Below are positions 11,615 to 24,839 of a DNA stretch of 62,000 bases, piece after piece. The position numbers and the translations under genes are program-made. Position 1 is the stretch's first letter. Each line of letters begins with the position of its first letter. The notes below the pieces were generated by a model that made no database searches, was not told the DNA's origin, and worked only from the letters and a program-made list of their open reading frames with translations. The DNA comes from Vicugna vicugna. Its lineage: Eukaryota. The DNA lies in the NCBI GenBank assembly GCA_013265495.1, contig MU057887.1, positions 2,699,576-2,761,575 on the forward strand, read 5' to 3'.

Positions 11615-14140
11615 GATGTTCGCTTCTGACAGAGATGCAGAAAAAGGGGTCAGATTTAGCTTCTTGCCTGAAACAACAAAGCCAGAAAAATACATGAAAA
11701 ATTAAAAATAAGTATGGCTTTCAAGACACTGGACATCAGGCAACGAAGAGCAGGGACCCCTTAGAGATGGAAGACCAGCAAGGCGATCCTTCCAGCTGCT
11801 CCAGCCGACTGCCTGGAGAGCTTCCTGCCACAGTACAAAGAAGGGAAGCCCTGGGGAGCCTGGCAGGTGCTGTGAGCGGAGCTGACAGGGCCAAGAGTCT
11901 AAGCTGGCCAAAGCTGCTGGCATTTGTAGGACAAAGCATTTAAGAGAGTGACTCAGGAGCAGAATATTGATCAGTGCCTGCAGGTGAGGAAAGTACTTAA
12001 GGTCAGGGAAAAATGACCCCCCCCCCAAAAGAAAGCAATGAGCAGAACAACCCAGACGCACACATTACCTGTTCCCGGCAGTTCTGCTACAAACCTCCTA
12101 ATTTATGGGGCATTAGATAGATTACTCAGAAAGGTCTGCCCCAGTAACAGGGGAAAGTCGCCCTCGCTCAGTGTTGCTCTGGTCCTGCCTCATAAATGTG
12201 GGAAAAAATTCCTGAAGGAATAAAACTGTTTCCAAGTAACATAACTGCATGTCAGGAATTGTTCTCATGAACATTTTAAGAATGGAAAAATATTCGACAC
12301 TCAACAAGGTAAAATTAATAATGCCCGGCATCTAGTCAAAAATCACCAGGCACACAAAGCAGCAGGAATTTCAGCCCCAAACAAAGGAAGAAACCAACCC
12401 ATAACAAACACTGGCATCAGGGTTCGCGGGAAAGGACTTGAAAGTAGTCATTGTAACTGCAGCTCACAGCTCAAAGCACAAAAGATTAAATATGTTAAGT
12501 AGAGACACGAAAGATATTAAAAAGGCCCAAATCGAATATGTAGAGATGAAAACGACTGTGTACAAGGTGCAAAATGCATGGCATGGGGTGAATGGCAAAT
12601 TTGATTTTGCAGAAGAAAATATTAGAGAACTTGAAAGTGTAACAACAGAAACTACCTAAATTGAAATGTATAGAGAAAAAGACACAAAAATTAACAGAGC
12701 ATCAGTGGGCTATAGGAGAACTTCCAGCAGCCTCATATGTGTGTACTCGGGGTCCCCAGAGACACAGGAGAAACAGGAAAGCATATCTGAAAAAAACAAT
12801 GGTAGAAATTTCTGCAAATTTCGTAGAAACTATGAACTCACCGCTCCAAGAAGCTCAGTGAAACCCAAGGTAAAGAAATAGGAGGAAATCCACAAGATGC
12901 ATTCTCATAAAGTTGCTCACAACTGTTGGTAAAGAAAAAAATCTTAAAAGCAGCCAGATAAAAGTCACATTATACCCAGAAGAACAAAAATAAAGGTTAC
13001 AGCAGATTCATCACCAGAGCAATTGTCCAAGCAGGACGTCTGGAGGCCAACACCTCCAAAGTGATAAAAGGAAAACAAAGTGTAGTTCTTGATTTCTATA
13101 TCAAGCGGAGATAGCTTTCAAAAATAAAGACAAAATATTTCCTTTCTGACATTCAATAGCTGAAAGAATTCATCACCATAAAATGAATTTATAAAAAGCT
13201 CCTTCACTAGTGAGTTCAGCAAGGTTGCAAAATACAAGATGTACACACGAAGTGAATTGCATTTCTCTAGACTAGCAGGGACGATTGGAAGTTGAAGCTT
13301 TAAAATGCCATTTACAAAAGCATCAGAAATGTAAGATACATGGGAATAACAACATATGGGAGATCCTGTGCTCTGAAAACTAGAAAATTCTGGTTCAAGA
13401 GATCAAAGCAACCTGAAGAAATGGAAAGACACACACTGGCGATGACTGAAGACTATCGCAGTAAAGGTGCTAACTCTCCAAAGTGATCCATGGGTTTACA
13501 GGCAGTTACTATCAATTACCAGCAGGAATTTTTGTGGCCAGTTCTAAAATTGACAGAAGAAAGCCAAGGGACTGGAGCACCTAAAGACAGTTCCACAGGG
13601 AAGGCTGCAGTTACAGGACCCGCACTGCCTGGTCTCAGGACGTCAAGACTGACTCCGCAGCTGCAGGAATGGAGACGGTGCTCTGCTCACAGGAAGGCGC
13701 TCAAATAGCCCCGTGGGGCAGGAGAGAGCCCAGAGTCAGCCCCTTATGCAGATGAGCTACTGCTTTGTTTGGGGTTTTTTGGACAAAGGTGCAAAGAAGG
13801 TGCAGTGAAGAAAGGAGAGGCTTTTTTATTTTAACTGTACCGAAATGTACATTCTTTCAAGATTAAAAATGTCAGAATCAATGACAGAACACAAACAACA
13901 GAGAAGTACATACTTTTCAATATACACGGTCAACACAGGGTTGTCCCTTAATTTACAATAATCATGTGTACAAACCAAGAGTCCCAGACGGACAAGCCAG
14001 GAGGGAACCAAAGAGCCAAAACACGTTTTTCAGATAAAAGAAACACAAGTGCCCACTGAACACGTGAAAAGATGCTCCGCATTACTCGTACTTGATGGAA
14101 TTCAAAGAAAAGTAGGGGGAAGACCCAGCACTTTTCACCC
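11615..14140 (+). mobile_element. Old L1M: 5' region, ORF1 remnant and ORF2 pieces
   Basis: ORF 12438-12659 (MKTTVYKVQNAWHGVNGKFDFAEENIRELE) resembles the L1 ORF1p coiled coil. The motifs aaaatcttaaaagcagccaga and gagttcagcaaggttgca are typical of L1. Confidence 0.75.
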
Positions 14141-15639
14141 ATCTGATTGCAGGTCCCAGGAGTGCTCACACCCCAGGGCGGAAAGTGCATTAAGCTGGGG
14201 GCGCCCGGGAGGACACGGGTCCGTGCAGACAGCTCGCGTGGCCGAGCAACGCTGGCCCTGAAGAAGGACCCCTCAGGGAAAGGAAATTAAGCACAAACTG
14301 GAATGTCAGAGCAGATTGCTTTAAAGTTCAATTTGGGTTTAAGAGTATGTGTAAGCTATGAATATAATTTTATATTTTGCAAAATGAAGTCTATAAGACA
14401 GCTGCGTCCTCACTTTCCAAAGGAACAATGAAGATTCAAGTGTTTTTCTAAGCAGAACACCTAAGGGTTTACCGAGAAGACTTGCCCTTTCTAGCGACAC
14501 CCAAGGCTGCGTCAGTTTCCCCAGGACCCCCTGACTGCGGATCTCGGCTCCCTCCGTGCCTCCGGGGGGCGAACGTGCTCCTTCCCCGACAGCTGAGTCT
14601 TCGACGTTCTCAGCTGTCGCTGGAGTCCCGTTCTCCAAGGTCACTCCGTCAGCCTCACCGATCCCTGCCTCTTAAGAGACCGGAAGCGTCACTTCCCATG
14701 TGATTTGCACACTCCTTTCTTTAGAAGCTGCATCTCCTTTTCAAGCTCTGATGTTTTGTCTGTGCATTTCGCTTTTTGTTTTAGTGACGACGTTTTTCAT
14801 TTCTAGCGCTTAATTGGTTTTTCATTTGTTTACTAAGCTGTTCTTCTTTAATAGTGTCTGTTCTCGACCCATGTTTTATATTCCCTCTTCCACTTAAACC
14901 CACGACACGTACGCACTTGTGTTACCACTGCGCACACCTGCCAGACCCAAGCCTGCGGCCTCTGTGGGATGGCGCTGTTGCTCTGTGCTTCCCTGTCTGG
15001 AGGTTTCTGGGTCTTTGCATGTTTTTGGTGTTTTCAGTCGGTTCGCTGGGCAGACCCTGAGGTTGAGTTTGTAAGTATGAAAGTTCAGGGACTGTTGCAT
15101 TTTCTTTAGCCAGGACCTTTGCGTGAACCTGGGACCATGTTTAAAACAAAGTATCAGCTACAGTGTTGCAGGACCTCACAGAAAACGCACATTCAGGCCA
15201 TAAACTTTGTGCAGATTTTCACGATATGGATTTTCAAAGGAATCCACACCTTCCCTCTGCCCAGAGCCAGACTTGGTAAGACAAGTGTCTGCACCTGCTC
15301 TTCTGCAGGGAAAATTTATCTCCGGCTTCCTTCTTCTCTGAGCTGGTAGCTCTTCGAGTCTCCCAACCACAGGCAAGGACTCTCATTTGTCCCCCATCTT
15401 GGGTCTTGTGTCCTGAGCTCTGGTCCAGCACACAAACTCCACGTTGCCACTACCAGTAGATCCTTAAACAGGCAGCTGATGTCTTTAGAGCCTGGCTTTG
15501 CACTTTTATTTTTCATTTCTGAAGATTTTTATCGCTATCTTTGAGTAGAGACAAGCATTTAAAAGCACGTGTTTTGTATTTTCTCCCCCATTCTGAGGGC
15601 TATTATAACAGGATAGTTCATCGGCTACAGTGTGATCAA

Positions 15640-16720
15640 GAGATCTTCTAAAAGAGTTTAAATTTTGCCTTTGAATATTTAGCATTCAATCCATCCAGAT
15701 ATTATCTCTGAGTACAATATGAAATCATGGTACTTTTCTCCATATTGATAAGTAATTGTCCATATGTTGAAAAAAGTCTACCTTGTTCTCACTGAGGCTG
15801 TATGAGGGCTACTGTGTATTGACTCCATGTATCTTGAGCCTGTCCTGGGCTATTTCCTCCCATTGGCTTTTTTGCCTGTCATGGTGTCAATCTCAACACA
15901 TCACTTCAATTCTATAACTTCTTAATATGTCCTCATACGTGGGCGGACAAGCCCTGCATCTTTTTCTTCACAATTAACTCAATTACTATCTGTCCTCCAT
16001 TACGTGATAACAAACTCGTCGTGCTCCATGAAAAACACTACTGGAATTTTGACTAAAATTACATTAAATTTAAAGACTAATTTAAGGAGAATTGACTCGT
16101 TTACACTACTAAAATGTTATATTCATAAACTTATCTAGCCATTGTTTCAGATCTATATTTATAACCATTTAAGTTTGCAATCTTTGTAGAAGACTGGTAA
16201 ATTGTCGTCAACTTACCATATTTTGGGGGAAGATAAATGGGAACTTCTCCAGTTACATTTTCTATCTTTTATTGTTTTGGAAGGCAAGAGACCTTTTGTA
16301 AAGTTATATATCCAAGAACTTTCTTGGTAGTTTTATTTATCTGGTTGTTTTGTTTCTTTGATGTATACAATCATGTCTTCTGCAAATAAATATAATTGTA
16401 TCATTTTTGTCATTTCTGAATTCAAGTTTTTTCTTGTCTTATTGCATTGGCCTGAATTCGGTGAAAATTTGAAAAGAAGCAGTGAGAGCTGGCTCCTAGT
16501 CTTGTTCCTGGCTTCAAAAAGAATGCTTTTTAAATATGGTCACTAAGTATGATTCTTGTTTATATTTCTGGCAGATGTCCTTCAGGCGAAGAAGTTACTT
16601 TTGATTCTGAGTTGGCAAATCATTTTTATTCTTAATGGACATTGACTTTTTCAGTATCTTTTTCTGAGTCTCTTGTGATGTTTTTTCAGACTTTAATCTC
16701 TTAAAGCAGGGCAGTAGTCA
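15640..16720 (-). mobile_element. Old L1 ORF2 remnant, antisense
   Basis: T-rich. tttaaggagaattgac, tacaatcatgtcttctgcaaataa and cttattgcattggcc are antisense L1 ORF2 motifs. Confidence 0.7.
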
Positions 16721-19227
16721 CTGTGGGAATTTCTGAGGTACTGAGACGTCTCCCTAAAAGTTGTCGCGAGCTCTCCTTCAGCCTCCACTCGCTGACCGTC
16801 TGCAGCTCTGATGCTGATGGCGCTTTTAAGAATCATTCCACGAGTTCTTAATCATCAGCTTTGAGATTTCTGCACCGTGGTCGCAGTTAGAAATGAAGAA
16901 CTTACTGCCCCGCGTCTAAGCTGAAACTGAAAAGGGCGCCTGTCGGCGCGTGGGCGCGTTTCACTCATTTCGGGCGCTTTCCTCCTGCGGCCTCCCAGCT
17001 CCCCGCTTCCCGTTCTGACTGCGTTCAGGCAGCTGCGGTTCACCACGGCTTGCTTTTTCACGGAGTTTATTTTAATGACTCCCTTTGAATTAATATTTAA
17101 GATCTCCAAACAGTTGTTTTTCACACACAAGAAATACGTTTTGTGGCATTTTGTCTCTTTTCTTTTGGTTTTTCATTCATGTGTGATTGGACTTTCACCT
17201 TCGATAGCTCTTTAAACACCTTCAATGTACTTATTCTGAAGCCTCTGTTTGTCTTTATACAAAAGCCTGGGTGATTTCCACCTGGAGTCCATTTCCACTG
17301 AGGGAGTTTATTTTCTCGGTTATATTGCTCAGTTATACTTTCGTGGCCCTTTCTCAGTTACGACGTCCAAGGCAGATCTGAGTGGGAGGAGGGTGGGCTG
17401 TCTCCCTTTGCTTCTGTGTCTCCTCCTCCTCCCCTGCCTCCTTCTCCTGGGCGCCCTGCCTCGTCTGAGCACCGTGCTCCCCTACACCTGTGGTGCATCC
17501 AGATCCAGGCCTTTCACAGGGTTCCCAGGCTGTGCTCCAGGGATGCAGGAGACACTGCCAGCCCCCCTGCCATGCTAGTGGGGACCGGGCTCCGACCCCA
17601 GTCCCACGGTTATGTCTGTTTCCTCTCATCTCCCCAGGCCTGTGGCTCCCCTCAAACTACAGCCCCTGGATTTTCCAGCAAGTTGTTTCCAGTGTTAGCT
17701 CATGGGGCTCCTCCCCACCCACCCCTTGGCTGCAGCCTGGCCCACGTCTCCCCTCTGAGATTCTGGTCACCATCGCTGGGCAGGTGTCAATCTTGTCTGC
17801 CCTGGGTGGCCCTGGGGACCGGTGGCCCTCGTTCACCCACTCAGCCGTCACACCTCCCCTCCTCCCCCGACGTGGAGCCCATATAGGTGGCTTTCCCGGT
17901 TCCCGAGCCTGACACTGTCTTTGTGTTTAAAGGGAGTTGCTGAGACGTGAACCGTGCTGTCCTGACAGGAAATCCCTGTGACTGCTTTTAAGAGATAGGA
18001 TTTCAAATCTTTATATTTTTGTCTTTGATTCAAAATTTTTCAAGCAAGAACACATTGTAAAGACTATAAAGCAAAGATAAAGAAAGGTTATTTTGTAGAA
18101 TAAAGTAGAAAAAATAATACAGAATTAGTAAGGAATTAATGTGTAATAGGTAAGAAATATACACATATATGACAGACGGAAAGAGAACTCAGAAAAATAA
18201 AGACACAATTCGCGGGGGCTGTAGGATTCTGGGTAAGTTTCTTCTGAGGGCAGCGGGTCAGGCCTCACCCCCTCCACCTCTCATGCACCCAGAGGACCAG
18301 GGCGGGTGCCAGGCCTGCTGGTCGACCCCCTGCGGCATTTCCCTCAGGCTGCCGGCTGTGCGCTGCAGGACCTGGGGGCTGAGCCACACACCCTGCCAGG
18401 CCCACCAGAGCCCCTGCACCCCCCCCCGGCCTGCCCCCCCCCGACGTCTGTCAGCACGGCGCCGTCCCGGGTGACCCCGTGTCTGCAGGGGCAGGGCTCA
18501 CGCTCCTCGGGGCCGGGGGCTGGCCTCTGACGTCCGTGTGGTCCCTCGAGGACGGCGCTGCGGCTCCTGGTTCACGGTCCTGCTCTGCTTCTTTGGCCAC
18601 ATTGGTTGGTTCCTTTAAGTCAAGGGCCAGCTGATAGGTTTCAGGCGTGGGCGCCCCCAGCGCCCCGGGCGAGGAGCCGGCCCGCTAGGCCGCGTGGTCC
18701 TCACCCACCTCTTCTCTATGACTTAAGCACTGAAAACTATTGGTTTTATTTTCTTAAGGTAGATTCTTACCTTGGGTATCAAATGTTAATATATGCCAAG
18801 GAATTTTTAAAATTTCTTTTAACTCAGCAATGGAGTGATCATTCCTACTAGAAATTCAGGGGCTGGGGACAGACTTACCCTCGGATGAGAGTGATGCACC
18901 GGGGAAGCTCTGGGGCTCCCAGACGCCGTGTAGGGGTCACTGTCTTGTTCCAGCTTCAACGTGCCTCCCCCATGAGCCGGATGGGCCAGCCGGGCACTCA
19001 GATCTGTGCATCTTACATCAGATAGTCACCTTCCTTGCTCACGGTGATGGAGCCCGGGCTGTGCACATGCCTGGGTGATGAAGGGCATCTAACCTATTAG
19101 GCCCTGTGAGGACGTCCTCGCGACCAGTTGTTGAGAGAGAAAAACTGAACTCAGAAAAGTGAGGAAATTTCCCTGAGTTTCTACTGCTAATGGTGGAAAC
19201 CAAAGGGAGTCTGGTGGTGGGCAGGGG

Positions 19228-19314
19228 NNNNNNNNNNNNNNNNNNNNNNNNNNNNNNNNNNNNNNNNNNNNNNNNNNNNNNNNNNNNNNNNNNNNNNNNN
19301 NNNNNNNNNNNNNN
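19228..19314. other. Assembly gap (87 N)
   Basis: Run of N, flanked by G runs on both sides. Confidence 0.99.
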
Positions 19315-19444
19315 GGGGAGGCAGCCTTGGGGCGGACCTGGACAAGATGGTCCCGCTAGGGTTTCGACACAGTCGGGGGGTCAATAAACTGGCCACAGTC
19401 TGGAAAGAGCAGATGGAGAAAATCTACTGCAGACAAAAATGTCT

Positions 19445-19825
19445 GAGTGGATTGGACAGAGCCCTGGCCTCATCCCAGACCTGTGCCGGGGACCCTGTTT
19501 GGAAGAAGGATCCTTGTAGCTGGAACTAGGGATCCCGAGATGCGATCACCCGGACCCCCCAGGGGCCCTAAATCCAATGACAAGTGTCCGTATGAAATAC
19601 TAGGAGACAGGAGAGGAGACGCAGACTCAGAGCAGGGGCCATGCGACTCAAAGGCTGTGATGGATGATGCGGCCACAAGCCAAGGGGGACCCCCGATGGA
19701 GCCTCCGGAGGGAGGTGGGCCCCGCAGGCACCTTGATTTAGGACTTCAGGCTCCAGGACTGTGAAGAAACAGATTTCTGGGAGTGGATCAGGGCCAGTGC
19801 ACACAGCAGCCCCCGGGGAGGTCTC
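19445..19825 (+). mobile_element. MLT1 (MaLR) LTR
   Basis: gaccctgtttggaagaaggatccttgtag...gggccctaaatccaatgacaagtgtcc...gcggccacaagccaagg...caccttgatttaggacttcaggctccaggactgtga. Confidence 0.75.
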
Positions 19826-20932
19826 GTCCAGCTCTGCACGCAATGGCCGCTGAGCCTGGATGCTCAGACACAACCGTCCAGAGGCCCTGCTAGCTGTCAC
19901 ATGCTGTGTCCCCACATGGGATTGGAAGCAGCTGGAGGAAAGGACCTGAGAAGGAAGTAGTTGATTTGAATCTAAGGAAACATGGCAGCCCCTTCTGGAT
20001 GGAGAAGGGAGCCCGGTGCCTGGCCCAGGCCCGCCGAGGGCCAGGGGGGCGGCTTCCCAGGCTGCTGGGCCTCAGGCTTCATCTGCGGGGGGAGCAGGCT
20101 GCCCTCCCTGGACGTGGCAGGGGACCCACACCTTCAGGGTCAGCCAGTCCCGGGGCTGTGGGGCCCCCAGGGAGGCTGGCTCACAACTCCTAAGCCACTG
20201 ACCACACGCTGACCTCGCTCCAACCCCGCAAGCTCACGAATTGCTTTACTGAATGAGATCAGCAAAGCCTTTTTTTTATTAAGACTTTGATTAAGAAGCT
20301 GTTCTCTTAGGGCAACTTCCAAGGGCCCAGTGAGCAATGAAGGAGTCTGTCCTCACTCACAAAGGAAGCGGGCTGCGGGGAGAATTCTCTACAATTTATT
20401 CACACCACAAAAACCTAATGAGCATTAGTAAATTCCTTTTTAGGGTAAGGAAAGAAAAAGATGCGAATAGTGATTTAATAAGGGATTTTGCTCTCAACGC
20501 TGTTTTCCGCCGTAACAAAGGGGACAATCCTTGTCATTCAGAAAGCAGTTGGACAGAGCAGAGAAGGTTCTATAAACAGCCATTAGCATCCTAATTACAC
20601 AATAATTCAAAAGACAGCTCCCCTGAAAAAGAACTTCAGCCCATAAATCTCTTGGTTTCAAAGTCCAAGAAGTGAAACTGCCTCCCAAGCCTATCCTCCA
20701 GGCCGGGCGGGAGAGAGCGGTCCTCACGGTGCGAGGCTGGGCGGGATGAGGTCCAGCTGTGGGAGCCACCGCTTGCCCCGGCGGGAGGGCTCCGGGCTGT
20801 GCCCAGGGCAGTGCCAGCAGGAGCGGAGGCCTGGGGAGGAGGGGACAGGGAGCGTGGGATGTTGGCCTGGCTTCTCCAAGCTTGGACATACCCCCTCGCT
20901 AGGTCTGGAAGCCGCGACTCTCATGGGGGGTT

Positions 20933-21434
20933 TGAGACAGGAGGGAGGGGGCAGGACACAGCCATTCAAGGAATGACACAACCATTACCACCAAGATGGC
21001 GGGAAAGTCAACTCCCAACAGACCAGGAGGCCCACGATGGCGGAGGTTGGCCTTCCAGTGGACTTCGAGCTTCAGGGTACCTACTGTGAGCGACACACCC
21101 ACAAGCATGTGACAGTTCGAGTCTGACGTGAGAGGTCAAAGAATGGGTGGCGCCCGCCCCTGGGAGTCCCCGCCCCTCCCCCCAAGGCGGATTAATCCTC
21201 TCACGCGTCAGCTATAAGAACTAGTAGCTCAGAGCCGGCCTCTCTCGGGCCTTCTTGGGTGGCTTATGCTCCGCCTATGGGGTGTGTATCTCTGAGAAAA
21301 CCTACTTTTACTCAACCACGGCTCGTTCTTGAATTCTTTCCTACATGAAGCCAAGGACCCTCACTCGTCGGGCAGGGGCTCAGCAGAGACCAGGGGCGCG
21401 GCCCTTCTCCTGCACCCCACCTTTTCCTGCATCC
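20933..21434 (+). mobile_element. ERV1-class solo LTR (MER41-like)
   Basis: Starts tgagacagg, has TATA-like ctataagaa, and has the typical U5 motif ttgaattctttcctacatgaagccaaggaccc ending ttttcctgcatc. Confidence 0.65.
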
Positions 21435-22313
21435 GTTGGAATCTTTCACGGAAAGTGGACAACGTCATCTGAAAGGGAAGCTGAACAGACAGAAAGGACG
21501 GCGCGCCTTCCTGGCCGGGTCTGGCTTTGGAGACCGAAGGCTGCCCCACACCCTCTGTGGCCCCTCCACCCGCCCACCCTGGGCTCCGGGGGAGGCGCTC
21601 CGCGGGCAGGGCCTCTCCACCGCCCCGAGCGTGTGCCCCACACATGAGGAGGTGCCTGTGAACAGGTTCTTTCCTGGTAATTCATGCAGCAGCCCTGGAA
21701 CGGCTGGTACAGGAGCTGACCCCTGGCTCCAGGCTTGGCGGGAGTCCCACCAACTTTGTTGTTAGGGGATGGACTGGTCACTCCCAAACACACGGGCGAG
21801 GACAAGGGGGCAGCTCCCTGGGGAGCCAGCAGCTGGGCGGTGCTGTCAGACGTAGGGGACCGGGACTGGGCAGCAGCCGGCCGGACGCCCACCTCAGGGT
21901 GAAAGAGGCCTCCGAGAGGCGCACAGAGCTGTGACTGCGGATTTTCCTTCGAGTAGACTCTCAGGGAAGCTCGTGGCTCAATGCAAACAGTAGCTGGCCC
22001 TGAGGATGGGAGGGTGGGCCCCTCGGCCCCTCAAACATTAAGCTGGAGTCCATCTTCCACCTCTTTGGAGGCCGAGGCCCGTCCCTGACCCCCAGGGCCT
22101 CGAGAAACAGGGTGAAACCGGAAATGCTCCCCTCCCCCAGCATAACACAAATGAGCTGCGACAGAGGGGAGGGCCCCCCAGTCAGCGACACGGGTCCCAG
22201 AGAGTCTCGCAGGAGGGCCACCTCCAGAGAAGCTGGCTGGGACGGTCCCCCAGCTCAGACCTGAGCTGCAGCTGAGGGTCTGGAGTTGAGGGTGGAACGG
22301 GGTCTCTTTCTAT

Positions 22314-22756
22314 TGAGGCGGGAAGCCCCATGATAAAGACCGGCGGGGCCCCCAGGCAGGGCCACTACTCTCCTGCCAGCACCACCTGGTTCCCTGGCCC
22401 AGCGGCTTTATCTCGCTTTTTGCCTCTGAAATGGCTAACTTCTAGGAAAGTGGGACTTACCCCTAAGATCCTATTGGTTCCCTGAGCTAATTCCTGATTG
22501 GCCCATTTCTACAAAGCTTGTTCCTAATTAGTCAACTTCTGTTACACCTTATTTGCATAGGATGTTGCAGAGTGCAGCCTGGCAGCCTATGAAAGCCTGT
22601 GTAAACCTACAGACGGGGTCCAGAGCTGGGAGTGTTAACTCCTCTGGGCCCGCTGGCTTAATAAACTGAGTTCTCCAGCTCTCCGAGTGCTGCTGGGTCT
22701 CTCGCCCAGATCCAGGCTGCCGTCACAACTGAGCTGTCGCACACTTTGCTGCAACA
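22314..22756 (+). mobile_element. Well-preserved ERV1-class solo LTR
   Basis: TG...CA termini with a perfect 4-bp target-site duplication CTAT (22310-22313 and 22757-22760), two ATTGG boxes, TATA-like TATGAAAG at 22588 and AATAAA at 22660. Confidence 0.85.
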
Positions 22757-22779
22757 CTATCGTGTCAAAAGAAAACAGC

Positions 22780-23290
22780 CACCAACCTATTCTTTCTTTC
22801 TGTGAGTTTGCTTCTTCTCAGGCTCTGCGTGAGTGAGATCACACAGTGTCCATCGTTGTCTGACTCAGTTCACCTAGCGTCACACCCTCCAGGTCCAGCC
22901 ACGTTGCAAATGGCAGGACTTCCTCCCTTCTTGTGGCCAAATCATATCCCATTGTGTATATACAGACACCACGTCTTCTTTGTCCGCCCACCCATGGGCG
23001 GGCACTTCGGCCGACTTCCCGTCTTGACTACTGCGAATTACGCTGCAGGGAACATGGGGGTGCAGGTGTCTCCTTCAGGTACTGATTTCAATTCCTCTGG
23101 ATAAGTACCCAGAAGTGGGATTGCTGGACCGCGTGGTAGTTCTATTTTTAACTTTTTGATGAACCTCCATATTAACTAATTCCCCTGATCATCATTTTGC
23201 AGTACACGTGTGTATAAAACCACTGCATTGCATACCTTAATCTCACGCAGTGTCGTATGCCTGTTACGTCGCAGCAGGCTGGGAAAAGCC
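22780..23290. mobile_element. L1MA-type 3' fragment with an internal inversion
   Basis: 22780-23172 is antisense L1 (cccagaagtgggattgctgga...gaacctccata). 23173-23290 is a sense L1 3' terminus (gatcatcattttgcagta...gctgggaaaa). Confidence 0.65.
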
Positions 23291-23499
23291 CGGCGGAAAC
23301 ACAATTCCACCTACAGTAACCCAGCTGTGACTCTTCTGGGGCTGCTCTGACACTGGGTACCCTCCCAGGTCGTCTTCCGCTAATCACAGCCGTTTTGTTG
23401 TGCAGACAAGTGGACAGATGGATAAAAACATGCCCCGAAAATACTGAGTAAGCTCTTAAGGACAGAACATGTTCTGTGATGCGGGTGTGACAAAGGGAC

Positions 23500-24190
23500 A
23501 CAGAGGGACCGGCTGAAGGAGCGCCAACGGCCAGAGCAACAGAATAGATCAGGCAGCGTTAAGGCACACCCCGTGTGGATAAATGTCCCTGGCTCCGTGC
23601 TAACATACATGCACAACCGAGGACACAGACAGGACAAGAGACACATCTCTCCGGCAGAAACCTTCTGAAGAACTTGCAGACACTCTGCCTTCTAGGAGCT
23701 GGGACAGAGCTCTCGTCCTGATGTGATGGGGCGAGGACACTTCCCCTCCACGGCCCTCCTTTCAAAACCCAGGACCCCAGTCTAACCCTGGGAAAAACAC
23801 TGGACAAACCCCAGTAGATGGGGCATCTACAAAACACCTTCCCTGACTCCTCAAAGCTGTCAAGGTCAGCAAAGGCAAAGAAGATTTGAGAACCCGACAC
23901 AGCCCAGTGAGCCTAGAGCGATGCAAAGACTAAAAGTTGTGTGTGTCCTCGGTGGGGGCCCAGGACCCGAAAATAAGAAAAGAAAAAGGCAGCAGCCAAA
24001 ACCAAGCAGATCTGAAGAAAGTGCAGATTTGGGTTCAGAATAAAGCATCAACCCAGTAACAAGCGCATGGCACTTCCGTGAGGTGCGGACAGCCGGGGAA
24101 TTCAGCGCTGGGCGTAAGGGAACTCTGCGTTCTCGTTGCCATTTTCCCGTAAATTGGAAATGGTTTTAAAATAAAAAGTGGATTTTTAAA
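23500..24190 (+). mobile_element. L1MC-like 3' end
   Basis: cccagtctaaccctgggaaaaacactggacaaacccc...ctcctcaaagctgtcaaggtca...gggaactctgcgttctcg...ttttaaaataaaaag. Confidence 0.65.
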
Positions 24191-24839
24191 AGTACTTAAT
24201 AAAAGCAGCAGCGGGGAGAAAATCCTTGCAGGGCTGTCCACTCTCAGCCGCAGGGGCCCTGGTCGGCAACTTCCCAGCACCACCTTCACAGCTCGACGGG
24301 ATGGAGCCCAGGGCCCCAGCGGACACTTCCTCAGCTTTGCGGAGACTCCGGACACAAGTGGGCCCACCCCCTTTGGCGCTGGGGTCATTTCTGGAAAGTG
24401 CAGGAAGGGCCTTAGGAAAGACCGGACACACCAGAGCGGGCAGGAGCCCGGTGGCGGGGAGGCTCTCACTGAGCGGCCCACGTCGACGTGCGTTGGGGAC
24501 AGTCCAGAAGGCAAGTCCAAGAGGACCAGAAGGATGGTGGACAAGTGCTGACCGGCTGCCTGAGGCTTGGAGGTGGTGGACCTTCAGGGCCCTCTGCTTG
24601 GTGAACACCTTCTCATCCATTCTGGAAGCAGCCGGTGTCTGCTGCTCTGGAAGCCTGGCCAGCTGACACGGCAGTGCCCCGCAGCTTACATGTTCTCTGT
24701 CACGTGTGCTGCGACTGCCCCCCTGGGCCCGGGGGCTGTGCTGAGAAACCTCCCCTCAACAGGGCTGCGCACGGGACAGCAGGCAGCGCTGAGTCACTGA
24801 AGCGGTGGCTGTTTACCACATGTTTTACAGGGTGAAACA

